A DNA stretch of 42,223 nt, taken from assembly GCA_044222365.1 (NCBI GenBank), contig JBGANH010000001.1:1-42223 (forward strand), in the 5' to 3' direction. The notes under the pieces were generated by a model that was not told where the DNA came from, ran no database searches, and saw only the letters and a list, made by a program, of their open reading frames with translations. Position numbers and translations under genes: made by a program. This DNA is from Candidatus Eiseniibacteriota bacterium (GTDB taxonomy: Bacteria > Eisenbacteria > RBG-16-71-46). This document shows, one piece after another, positions 35,294 through 42,223 of the stretch (the first letter of the stretch is position 1; each line of letters starts with the position of its first letter).

Positions 35294-36113
35294 ATGCCCG
35301 TCCTCCACCCTCCCGCCCCGCGCACGCGCCGCCGGCTCGCCGCCGCCCTCGCCTGCGTGCTGGCGCTGGCGCCGTTCGCCGCGCCGCGCCGGGCCGAGGC
35401 CGGGTGGGGACTGACGGGCATCCCCGCCACGCGCGCCCCCCGGGCGCAGTACCGGCCGGTCGCGGTGAGTGACGGCGCCGGCGGCATGCTGCTCGCCTGG
35501 CTCGACCACCGCTCGGGCTACAACGTGGACGTCTACGCCCAGCGCGTGCTTCCCGTGGGCTCGATCGGCACCAACTGGTCGCCCGACGGCAACGCGCTCA
35601 CGCACGTCACCTGCACGAAGTTCGACCTCGCGTTGGCGAGCGACGGCGCGGGCGGCGCGATCGCCTGGCGTGGACCGACGTGCGCTGCCCCGGCAGCGGC
35701 GTCGCCCCGCGTGTTGCCAGCGCGTGCGAGAGCGAGCGGCGCGCCGGATCCCGCGTGGCCCGTGGACGCACGCGCGCTGTGCAGCGCCACGGCACTCCAG
35801 GACAAGCCCGCGATCGCATCCCGGATGGCGCGGGCGGGGCCTTCGTGACGTGGAACGATCGGCGCTCGGGCTTCGCCGCGCTGTTCGCCACGCCGTGCTC
35901 AGCAGTGGCGCGATCACCCGGCTGGCCGGACAGCGGCCTGCGCCTCTCTCCCCGCTCACGCGCGACACGTGCGCCGCGGCGGCCCGCCGCCGGCGGCGCG
36001 GGCGGCGTGCTCGTCTATAGTTAATTCCCCGGTCCCGCCGCCGACACGATTCACGTGCAGCGCCTGACGGCGCCGGCGCCCCAGCCGCGAGCTGGCCGGA
36101 AAGCGGGGCGATC
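35294..36113 (+). pseudogene. Signal-peptide-bearing 5' region of a repeat protein, disrupted by multiple frame changes and an in-frame TAA
   Basis: ATG at 35294 starts MPVLHPPAPRTRRRLAAALACVLALAPFAAPRRAEA, followed by one intact ~50-aa repeat (SDGAGGMLLAWLDHRSGYNVDVYAQRV...). Later copies of the same motif appear only as pieces scattered over all three frames. Examples are PDGAGGAFVTWNDRRSG in the 35680 frame and AWLAWVDRRGPDADVYATRL in the 36116 frame. Confidence 0.6.
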
Positions 36114-36774
36114 GTGTGCGCGGCGCACGGCCGCCGCGACGGGCTGGTGCTGACGCCTCTCCGTCGAGGCAGGCGTGGCTCGCGTGGGTGGACCGCCGCG
36201 GCCCCGACGCGGACGTGTACGCCACGCGGCTCACCGCCGCAGGGGGCGCGGGCGTCCGGTTGGAGCGCCGACGGCGACGCGGTCGCGGCCGGATCCGGCG
36301 CACAGCTCTCGCCCGCACTGCTCGCGACCGCGGAGGACCGCTGCTTCGTGGCGTGGTCCGACGCTGCCGTCGCCGCGAACGGCGCCGACATCCGGACGCA
36401 GTCGTTGCTCCCGGGAGGTGGCCCCGCGCCGCTCTGGCCCGCGGGCGGCGTGCTCGTGTGCGGCGCACCCGCCGACCAGACCGCGCCGCTGCTCGCCGCG
36501 TCCGGCGCCGACGGCGTGCTCGTGGGCTGGGTGGACGCGCGCGAGCAGGCCGTGAACGCGCACGACCTCTACGTGCAGCGCCTGCTCGCCGACGGCTCGA
36601 TCGCGCCGGGCTGGGCGGCCGACGGTTTCGCGCTCTGCCGCCACGCGTCCGACCAGTCCTCCCCCATGCTCGTCGGCGACGGCGCCGGGGGCGCGCTCGC
36701 GGCGTGGGCGGACACGCGCAACTTGGCGCAGTCGGATGTGGATCTCTACGCGAATCGTGTCGGCGTCGGCGGCC
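35440..36774 (+). repeat. Protein-level tandem repeats (~50 aa per unit), propeller-like
   Basis: The recurring pattern is DG-x-GG-x3-W-x-D-x-R-x(4-5)-D-[VIL]-[YH]-[AV]-[QN]-R-[VL]-x3-G-x5-W-x3-G-x2-[VL]-C-x5-Q-x2-P. Three clean units lie in the intact ORF, for example GADGVLVGWVDAREQAVNAHDLYVQRLLADGSIAPGWAADGFALCRHASDQSSPMLVGDGAGGALAAWADTRNLAQSDVDLYANRV. Confidence 0.6.
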
Positions 36775-38792
36775 CGCTGCCCACGCAGATCCGGAACCTC
36801 GCGGCGCACCACCACGACGGCCAGACGTTCCTCACAGGCACGGCGCCCGCGACCACGGGCTACACGTACCGCTTCTACGTTTCGGACTCCCCCATCACGA
36901 GCACGGCCGACCTCGCGAACGCCACGTTCCTCGGCTCGCCGATGGATTCGAGCTGGTGCGCGCAGCGGCTCTCGCAGTTCATGGGCCAGACCTACGCCTA
37001 CTGCATCGACTCGCTCGCAGCGCCGCTCGATTCGACGCAGGTGCTCTTCGTGGTCACGGCTCCCGCGAATCGCACGGTGTGGTACGCCGCGACCGCGCAG
37101 GCCGCCGACGCCGAGGAGAACGTGACGATCACGCCCGGCGACAACGCGCTCGGCTCGCCGGTGCAGGAGTTCGTGAACCGTCCACGCCCGGTGTTCCAGC
37201 GCGAGCTGCAGGTGCACGCACAGACGACGTGGATGTACACGCTGTGGACCAGCGCCGAGGAGACCGCGCTTTACCCCGCCATGAGCAACCGCACGAGCCT
37301 GGCGTTCGACTGCGCGATCCGCCGCGGCTTCGACGCGCCGGACAGCACCTCGATGCTCGTCCGTCCGGCGACGCGGAACCTGTATTGCCTGAACGTGATC
37401 TGGTACACGCCCGGTTACTGGCTCATGGCGTTCGACGACCTGCTGCCCTCGGTGCAGGGCTCGTTCTACTACGGCTACCACGAGGGCTTCGACCACACGT
37501 TCGCGCACCAGCCGCCTCCGACGGGCGGCGTCATCCACGACTACACGCGGCAGCGGATCGTGTTCATGCTCGGCTGGGCGCGGCGCAACTTCCCGATCGA
37601 CACGACGCGCGTGTACGCATTCGGCTACTCGCTCGCCGGCGCGGCGGCCGCGACGCTGTCGCTCGCCGCCCCCGAATGGATCGCGGGCACGGAGAGCGTC
37701 TCGGGCCACTACGACTTCTCGTTCCGCGACGAGCCCGACCCGAACGCCGCGTTCAACACCGGGCAGTACTACGACCAGCTCATGACCGAGCTGTGGGGGC
37801 CGCTGTCGTCGAACCTGCCGAGCACCGCGGGGCTGCCCATCTACCAGTTGACGGACGCGAGTTTCATGGCCGGCCACCTCGAGCCGGTGGCCGTTCCGCC
37901 GCTCATCAGCATCGACGGCAAGCGCGACGTCCCGCTCGGCTGGGCCGAGAAGGTGCACTTCTACCGCGCCATGCAGCACCACCGTCAGGGCGGCACGTTC
38001 TTCTGGGACATGCACGAGCACAACACCGACCTCTCGAGCATGTACTGGCTGCCGATGCTCGGGCCGTCGTACCTGTGGCGCTGGAGTTCCACGCGCAGCT
38101 TCCCCGCACTCTCGCACTGCAGCGCCGACCACGATCCCGGCGACGGGCACGTGGACTCGGGCGATTCGCTCGGCACGATCAACGGCTTCGTCGAATGGGA
38201 CTCGCTCGTCGTGGACGAGCCCGCCGGCTGGGCGGTCACGTTGCGCCCGCGCGACCTCGTCACGACGCTCGGCCCCATGAACGCGCCCGACTCGTTCACG
38301 GTGGACGTGACCCCGCGCCGGCTTCAGGCGTTCCATGCCGTGCCCGGCCAGTCGTTCCCCTGGCGAGTCCTGCGCACGAGCGACGACGCGATCGTGCAGA
38401 GCGGCGACGTGATCGCGGACTCGCTCGGCCGGCTCACGCTGGAGGCCGTGCGCGTGTACCGCGGCGGCAGCCTCGTCTCCATCGGCGACCTCTCCGTGCT
38501 CGACGTGCCGCCACCGGTCGCCGCGCCGCCCGCGCGGCCCACGCTGGCACTCGGACGCCATCCGCTCCGCGGCGCCGGAGAGGCCTTCGTGTCGTGGCCG
38601 CGTGCCGGGGACGCGCGAGTCGAACTGCTCGACGTGGCCGGTCGGCGCGTGTCCACGCTGCTCCACGGTGCGGTGAGTGCGGGCTCGACCCGCGTCGCGA
38701 TCCCCGCACACCAGCTGCGCGCCGGACTCTACTGGCTGGTCGCGAGCGAGGGCGGCGAGCGCGTTTCGCGACGGCTGGTCGTCCTTCCGTAG
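36114..38792 (+). CDS. Large secreted-type protein: propeller-like repeats, alpha/beta-hydrolase-like central region, and a T9SS/FlgD-Ig-like C-terminal sorting domain
   Basis: The frame is open from 36021, and GTG at 36114 is the first canonical start. The first ~45 codons are probably not genuine in this frame. A candidate nucleophile elbow FGYSLAG lies at 37623-37640, with later PLISIDGKRDVPLGW and FFWDMHEH blocks. The C-terminal ~85 aa are LALGRHPLRGAGEAFVSWPRAGDARVELLDVAGRRVSTLLHGAVSAGSTRVAIPAHQLRAGLYWLVASEGGERVSRRLVVLP, which fits the T9SS type-A CTD pattern. This start has no signal peptide. Confidence 0.7.
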   Translation: MCAAHGRRDGLVLTPLRRGRRGSRGWTAAAPTRTCTPRGSPPQGARASGWSADGDAVAAGSGAQLSPALLATAEDRCFVAWSDAAVAANGADIRTQSLLPGGGPAPLWPAGGVLVCGAPADQTAPLLAASGADGVLVGWVDAREQAVNAHDLYVQRLLADGSIAPGWAADGFALCRHASDQSSPMLVGDGAGGALAAWADTRNLAQSDVDLYANRVGVGGPLPTQIRNLAAHHHDGQTFLTGTAPATTGYTYRFYVSDSPITSTADLANATFLGSPMDSSWCAQRLSQFMGQTYAYCIDSLAAPLDSTQVLFVVTAPANRTVWYAATAQAADAEENVTITPGDNALGSPVQEFVNRPRPVFQRELQVHAQTTWMYTLWTSAEETALYPAMSNRTSLAFDCAIRRGFDAPDSTSMLVRPATRNLYCLNVIWYTPGYWLMAFDDLLPSVQGSFYYGYHEGFDHTFAHQPPPTGGVIHDYTRQRIVFMLGWARRNFPIDTTRVYAFGYSLAGAAAATLSLAAPEWIAGTESVSGHYDFSFRDEPDPNAAFNTGQYYDQLMTELWGPLSSNLPSTAGLPIYQLTDASFMAGHLEPVAVPPLISIDGKRDVPLGWAEKVHFYRAMQHHRQGGTFFWDMHEHNTDLSSMYWLPMLGPSYLWRWSSTRSFPALSHCSADHDPGDGHVDSGDSLGTINGFVEWDSLVVDEPAGWAVTLRPRDLVTTLGPMNAPDSFTVDVTPRRLQAFHAVPGQSFPWRVLRTSDDAIVQSGDVIADSLGRLTLEAVRVYRGGSLVSIGDLSVLDVPPPVAAPPARPTLALGRHPLRGAGEAFVSWPRAGDARVELLDVAGRRVSTLLHGAVSAGSTRVAIPAHQLRAGLYWLVASEGGERVSRRLVVLP

Positions 38793-38989
38793 CGGCCCCC
38801 GGGCCGAGAATCCGCTCTCGAATCTCGTCGCCGCACCGCCGGGTATCCCTGCGGATACTGGTTCGGTGCACGCGCCGAGCGGGACACTGTGCGCCGTGCG
38901 GCTCACCGCACTCGCCACCTCCGGGCGCACGCCTCGTGGTCCCCTCTCTCGCGGGATGAGGCACGCCCGGCACACCGAGGAGCCCCCCC

Positions 38990-39706
38990 ATGAAGCTTCG
39001 CGACTACTTCGGGCTGGCCGTCATCGCCGCCCTGTGTGTTTCCGCCGACGCACGCGCCGAGCGCATCGTTCCCCCCACGCGTCCCGCCGCACCGAAGGTG
39101 ACGCGCCTTCCCGCTTCCACTCGCGCCGCGACGTGCCAGCTCGGCGTCGAGGGTCCGGCCGCGTACGTCGTCTCGTACGTGATCCCGCCCGACGACCAGT
39201 ACTACACGCTCGTCGATCCCACGGAGGAAGGTTGCGAGGCGCAGCACGGCGTCCAGCTGGTCGCCGCTCACATCGGTGTCGACTTCCCGTACGCGTTCGA
39301 GACCCCCGTACGAGTCGGCATCGTGCGCGCCGATCTCACCGACCCCGAGTGCCCGGTGCCGATGCCCGGCCAGTACCTCTGCCCGCCGGTCACGCAGATG
39401 CTCGGTGCTCCGGGGACCGGCGCGTTCGACATCGCGCTTCCGCTCGCGGGCGGCTGCACGCTCGAGGAGAAGGCCTTCCTCGAGATCACGTTCACGGAGT
39501 GGGGCGACTGGTGGGAAGTGCCGTCGCTGCTGCTCGGCGGCGCCTGCGCGCCGTGCACGTCGTACAACTACTACCCGGGTGACGACTACGACCTGTGCAC
39601 CTTCGGGTTCGAAGGCAACCCGATCATGTACGTCGAGGGCTCTCCGCTGAGTGTCGTGCCTGCCGCGCGGGGCACGTGGGGCCGCCTCAAGACGATGTAT
39701 CGCTGA
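38990..39706 (+). CDS. Secreted Cys-rich hypothetical protein (238 aa)
   Basis: ATG at 38990 with GAGGAG 8 nt upstream. The signal peptide is MKLRDYFGLAVIAALCVSADARA. The mature part has 9 Cys. The C-terminus is ...GTWGRLKTMYR. No family was recognised. Confidence 0.75.
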   Translation: MKLRDYFGLAVIAALCVSADARAERIVPPTRPAAPKVTRLPASTRAATCQLGVEGPAAYVVSYVIPPDDQYYTLVDPTEEGCEAQHGVQLVAAHIGVDFPYAFETPVRVGIVRADLTDPECPVPMPGQYLCPPVTQMLGAPGTGAFDIALPLAGGCTLEEKAFLEITFTEWGDWWEVPSLLLGGACAPCTSYNYYPGDDYDLCTFGFEGNPIMYVEGSPLSVVPAARGTWGRLKTMYR

Positions 39707-40051
39707 AAGCTCCCGACATCGGATGGCGGCCGCGCCCCTCGCGGGCACGGCGGCCGTTCGCGTGCGGGGCGGTTCGCGCCCCAAATAGCAGACCGCCGGC
39801 ACGGTCGTCAGCGCTTCCCCCGAAGGCATCTGACTCCCGACCGGCGGCCTTGCGTGCGGCCCGGGAAAGCGGCATCCGCGCTGGACCGGGTCTCCAGCTT
39901 GCGGGGGGCGCGTCACCGCGAACGGCTGGCGGGGCATCCCTTGCACCCGCGACGCTTCCCCTCGACAGGTGAAGCGCAGGCGCGGTGCGAATCCGGCAGG
40001 GTTTTTTCTCGTGCGCGGCCCGAGGCTCCTGCGCACGGCCCGGCCGGGGGC

Positions 40052-40588
40052 TCAGTCCTTCGCCATCTCGCGGCGCAGCCAGGCGCGAGCGAACGCCCAC
40101 TGGCTGCGCACCCAGCGCTCGCTCATGCCCATGGCCTCGGCGATCTCGACCTCGGTGAGTCCGGCGAAGAAGCGCATCTCGACGATGCGCGCCGCCGGCT
40201 CGTCCACTTCGGCGAGCCGGGCCAGCGTGGCGTCGAGCGCGAGCAGGTCCTCGATCCCACCGTCCGAAACCGCGACGGCCTCGTCCACCGTGATGCGCTG
40301 CCAGCCGCCGCCGCGCTTGGCGGCGAGGTGAGCACGCGCATGATCCACGAGCACCTGCCGCATCGCACCCGCGGCGAGCGCGAGGAAGTGCGTGCGATCG
40401 TTCACGTCGAGGCGCGACTGGCGCGAGAGCTTGAGGAACGCCTCGTGCACGAGCGCGGTGGGCTGCAGCGTGTGATCTGGCCGCTCGTGCCGCAGGTAAT
40501 GCGCGGCGAGCGAACGCAGCTCCTCGTACACCTCCGGCAGGAGGTGCGCGACCACACGCCGCGGATCTTTGTCGGGACTCTCGGTCAC
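40052..40588 (-). CDS. ECF-type sigma factor of the kinase-associated subfamily (Sigma70_ECF / TIGR02999-like)
   Basis: GTG at 40588. LLPEVYEELRSLAAHYLRHERPDHTLQPTALVHEAFLKL...RTHFLALAAGAMRQVLVDHARAHLAAKRGGG...IVEMRFFAGLTEVEIAEAMGMSERWVRSQWAFARAWLRREM matches that family's characteristic pattern. Confidence 0.85.
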   Translation of the reverse strand: MTESPDKDPRRVVAHLLPEVYEELRSLAAHYLRHERPDHTLQPTALVHEAFLKLSRQSRLDVNDRTHFLALAAGAMRQVLVDHARAHLAAKRGGGWQRITVDEAVAVSDGGIEDLLALDATLARLAEVDEPAARIVEMRFFAGLTEVEIAEAMGMSERWVRSQWAFARAWLRREMAKD

Positions 40589-40727
40589 GTCGGAGCCGGC
40601 CAGTCGGCGCCACGCCTGCGCGTGGTCGCGGTCGGGGAAGCAGCTCGACGCGGCTCGGGGGTGCCGCAGTCGTGTTCGAACGGAACATTAGGCGAGCGCG
40701 CGGGCGCCCGGCAACGGCCAACTCGCG

Positions 40728-41195
40728 TCAGAACGCCTTGACCGGCGGGGCCTGCTCGGGCCCCACGCGCCCGGTCACGATTTCGGCGACCAGGTAGTTC
40801 TCGCCGTACACCGGCGCGCCGCTCATGCGCCGCAGCATCATGAGCTGCCCGACGTGCGTCAGCGCGTCGGCGATCGGCCCCTGCAGCAGCCGGGTCAGTT
40901 CCGCCTGCACGGGAGCATCCGACGCGAGGTACGCGTCGAGCGCGGCGAGCGCCTCGAAGAAGCGCGCCGCCTCGCCGTCCCACGTCGTGGGCGCGTGGTT
41001 CGGCCACTTTCCTTCGCCCTTGGCGTGCGAGAGCGTCCACACGAGCAGGTCGCCCAGGTGCGCGAGGATCACGAGGGGCGTGTGGCCGCCGCCCGTGTCG
41101 AACGACGCGAAGCCGGACGGCGCGTTGCGGATCGGCTTGCCGCCGCGGTAGGCGAGCACGGCGAGCGAGTGGCGGAGCAGCTCACGATCGGTCAT
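40728..41195 (-). CDS. DinB-superfamily-like protein (four-helix-bundle metal-binding fold), function unknown
   Basis: ATG at 41195. Histidines are spaced as in DinB_2-type proteins (LAHLGD...; ADALTHVGQLMMLRR). The assignment is weak. Confidence 0.5.
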   Translation of the reverse strand: MTDRELLRHSLAVLAYRGGKPIRNAPSGFASFDTGGGHTPLVILAHLGDLLVWTLSHAKGEGKWPNHAPTTWDGEAARFFEALAALDAYLASDAPVQAELTRLLQGPIADALTHVGQLMMLRRMSGAPVYGENYLVAEIVTGRVGPEQAPPVKAF

Positions 41196-41198
41196 GCG

Positions 41199-41693
41199 TC
41201 ACTCCCCGGAATAGCCGCTGCGTCCGGCGCGGATGCGCTCGACGAGCGCGCTCGTGCTGAGTCCCTCGCGCAGCGCGATGCGCTCGACCCGGCCGCCGCG
41301 CGCTTCGACGAACTCGCGCCCGACGATCTGGTCGAGCGCGTAGTCCGCGCCCTTGCACAACACGTCCGGCGCCACCGCCTCGATGAGCCGCTGCGGCGTG
41401 TCGTCGTCGAACACGACCACGAGGTCCACGCACGAGAGCGCGCCGATCAGCGTGGCGCGGTCGTGCTGGTCGAGGATGGGACGCTCGGGGCCCTTCAGGC
41501 GGCGCACCGACGCGTCGCCGTTCACGCCCACGACCAGCCGGTCGCCGAGCGCGCGCGCGTCCTCGAGGTACTCGACGTGCCCGCGGTGCAGCAGGTCGTA
41601 CACGCCGTTCGTGAACACGATCGTGTCGCCGCCCGCGCGCCACAGCTCGAGCTTCGCGCGCGCGTCCGCCGGGAGTTCGAACGGCGCGCTCAC
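41199..41693 (-). CDS. hldC: D-glycero-beta-D-manno-heptose-1-phosphate adenylyltransferase (RfaE domain II as a separate gene)
   Basis: GTG at 41693 overlaps the kinase gene stop (GTGA). The cytidylyltransferase motif is IVFTNGVYDLLHRGHVEYLEDARALGD (HxGH), followed by LVVGVNGDASVRRLKGPERPI. Confidence 0.85.
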   Translation of the reverse strand: MSAPFELPADARAKLELWRAGGDTIVFTNGVYDLLHRGHVEYLEDARALGDRLVVGVNGDASVRRLKGPERPILDQHDRATLIGALSCVDLVVVFDDDTPQRLIEAVAPDVLCKGADYALDQIVGREFVEARGGRVERIALREGLSTSALVERIRAGRSGYSGE

Positions 41694-42223
41694 GACAGCG
41701 CGCTCGCGAGCGAGTCGCGCAGCTGCGCCGCCGAGCAGCTCGCCGTGCCGATCTCGCGGATCACCACGCCGGCGGCGTGATTGGCGAGATAGCACGCTTC
41801 CGGATAGTCCGCGCCCGCCGCGAGCGCGGCCGCGACGACGCTGACGACCGTGTCGCCGGCGCCGGTCACGTCGTACACCTCGCGCGCGACGGTCGGCAGG
41901 TGCGTGTAGCGTCCGGACTTCTCGAACAGGCTCATGCCGTCGGCGCCGCGCGTGACGAGCGCGCACTCGGCGTCGAGGCGCTTCTGCAGGCCCCAGCCCA
42001 CTTCCATCAGGCTCGCCTCGTCCACGACGCGGCGGCCCATGACGTAACCGGCCTCGTGCTGGTTCGGCGTCAGGATGCTCACGCCCTGGTAGGCGTCGAT
42101 GTGGCTTTCCTTCGGGTCCACCGCGATCGGGATGCCCCGTCCGCGCGCGAGCGAGATCGCGCGGTCGAGCACCGCGCGCGTGAGCACGCCCTTGCCGTAG
42201 TCCGAGACGATCAGGCCGTCGCA
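41690..42223 (-). CDS. hldA: D-glycero-beta-D-manno-heptose-7-phosphate kinase (RfaE domain I, PfkB family), C-terminal part; the gene runs off the window end
   Basis: The frame is open to the window edge (CDGLIVSDYGKGVLTRAVLD...). The PfkB motifs are LTPNQHEA and DVTGAGDTVVSVVAAALAAG. Confidence 0.85.
   Translation of the reverse strand, partial: CDGLIVSDYGKGVLTRAVLDRAISLARGRGIPIAVDPKESHIDAYQGVSILTPNQHEAGYVMGRRVVDEASLMEVGWGLQKRLDAECALVTRGADGMSLFEKSGRYTHLPTVAREVYDVTGAGDTVVSVVAAALAAGADYPEACYLANHAAGVVIREIGTASCSAAQLRDSLASALS

Noticed and set aside
36116-38975. 947-aa plus-strand ORF (alternative frame) and 914-aa minus-strand ORF (36231..38975) overlapping the cargo gene
   Set aside because: Both are extremely Arg/Ala/Pro/Gly-rich with no domain-like sequence. 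Only the 36114 frame gives normal amino-acid composition, repeats, a hydrolase-like core and a CTD.
39985-40040. T6 run plus nearby 7-bp stem as a rho-independent terminator for the 238-aa gene or the ECF sigma gene
   Set aside because: The orientation is wrong for both strands. On the plus strand the T-run precedes the hairpin. On the minus strand the hairpin is followed by an A-run. No good stem lies immediately 5' of the T-run.
1-42223. Search for tRNA, rRNA, CRISPR arrays, IS elements, integrases, prophage or toxin-antitoxin modules
   Set aside because: I found no cloverleaf-compatible GTTCGAATC-type T-arms with matching acceptor stems. I saw no direct-repeat/spacer periodicity and no transposase-, integrase- or phage-like ORFs in any frame. 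The window reads as core chromosome, apart from the 35.3-39.7 kb secreted-protein region.

Overview
This is a very GC-rich bacterial chromosomal segment. GC was judged by eye and not computed. Third-codon-position GC is so high that almost every real gene is shadowed by long spurious ORFs in other frames. I can support about 40 genes, most of them on the minus strand.

Gene content, in order:
- infB (5' end only), nusA and rimP.
- A 2095-aa SprA/Sov-type type IX secretion (T9SS) translocon gene. It overlaps by 1 nt an M28 / glutaminyl-cyclase-like gene downstream.
- lptF- and lptG-like permeases, on the plus strand.
- A long co-directional block: TPR protein, ECF sigma, anti-sigma, HtrA-like PDZ protein, aroB, aroQ, accB, pilT, accC, comB.
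- An NtrC-family sigma-54 activator, on the plus strand.
- The yceD-rpmF-plsX-fabH-fabD-fabG-acpP-fabF-rnc cluster.
- ndk and sucCD.
- A large repeat plus hydrolase-like protein with a T9SS-type C-terminal sorting domain.
- A small Cys-rich secreted protein, a second ECF sigma, a DinB-like gene, and split hldA/hldC.

The gene content suggests an FCB-superphylum organism (Gemmatimonadota- or Eisenbacteria-like). This is inference only. I saw no rRNA, tRNA, CRISPR array, transposase or integrase.

Most notable observations:
1. A ~520-bp lower-GC gap lies just downstream of the sigma-54 activator gene. It holds a near-consensus -24/-12 promoter, a run of perfect hairpins (two with GNRA loops), a C-rich CCUCC-containing tract and a 12-bp terminator hairpin. 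No credible ORF follows, so this is a candidate sigma-54-dependent small RNA.
2. sprA is translationally coupled to a glutaminyl-cyclase-like gene, and a T9SS cargo candidate lies in the same window.
3. An HtrA-like protein in a sigma/anti-sigma operon has lost the catalytic His and Asp.
4. RNase III has no canonical start downstream of fabF and carries a 327-aa disordered acidic/basic tail.
5. SucD has a histone-H1-like AKP-repeat tail.
6. The LptG homologue lacks the TM3 segment.
7. The N-terminal repeat region of the T9SS cargo gene is frame-scrambled and contains an odd AT-rich stop-carrying 12-mer.

All family assignments come from motif recognition by eye. No database search was run.
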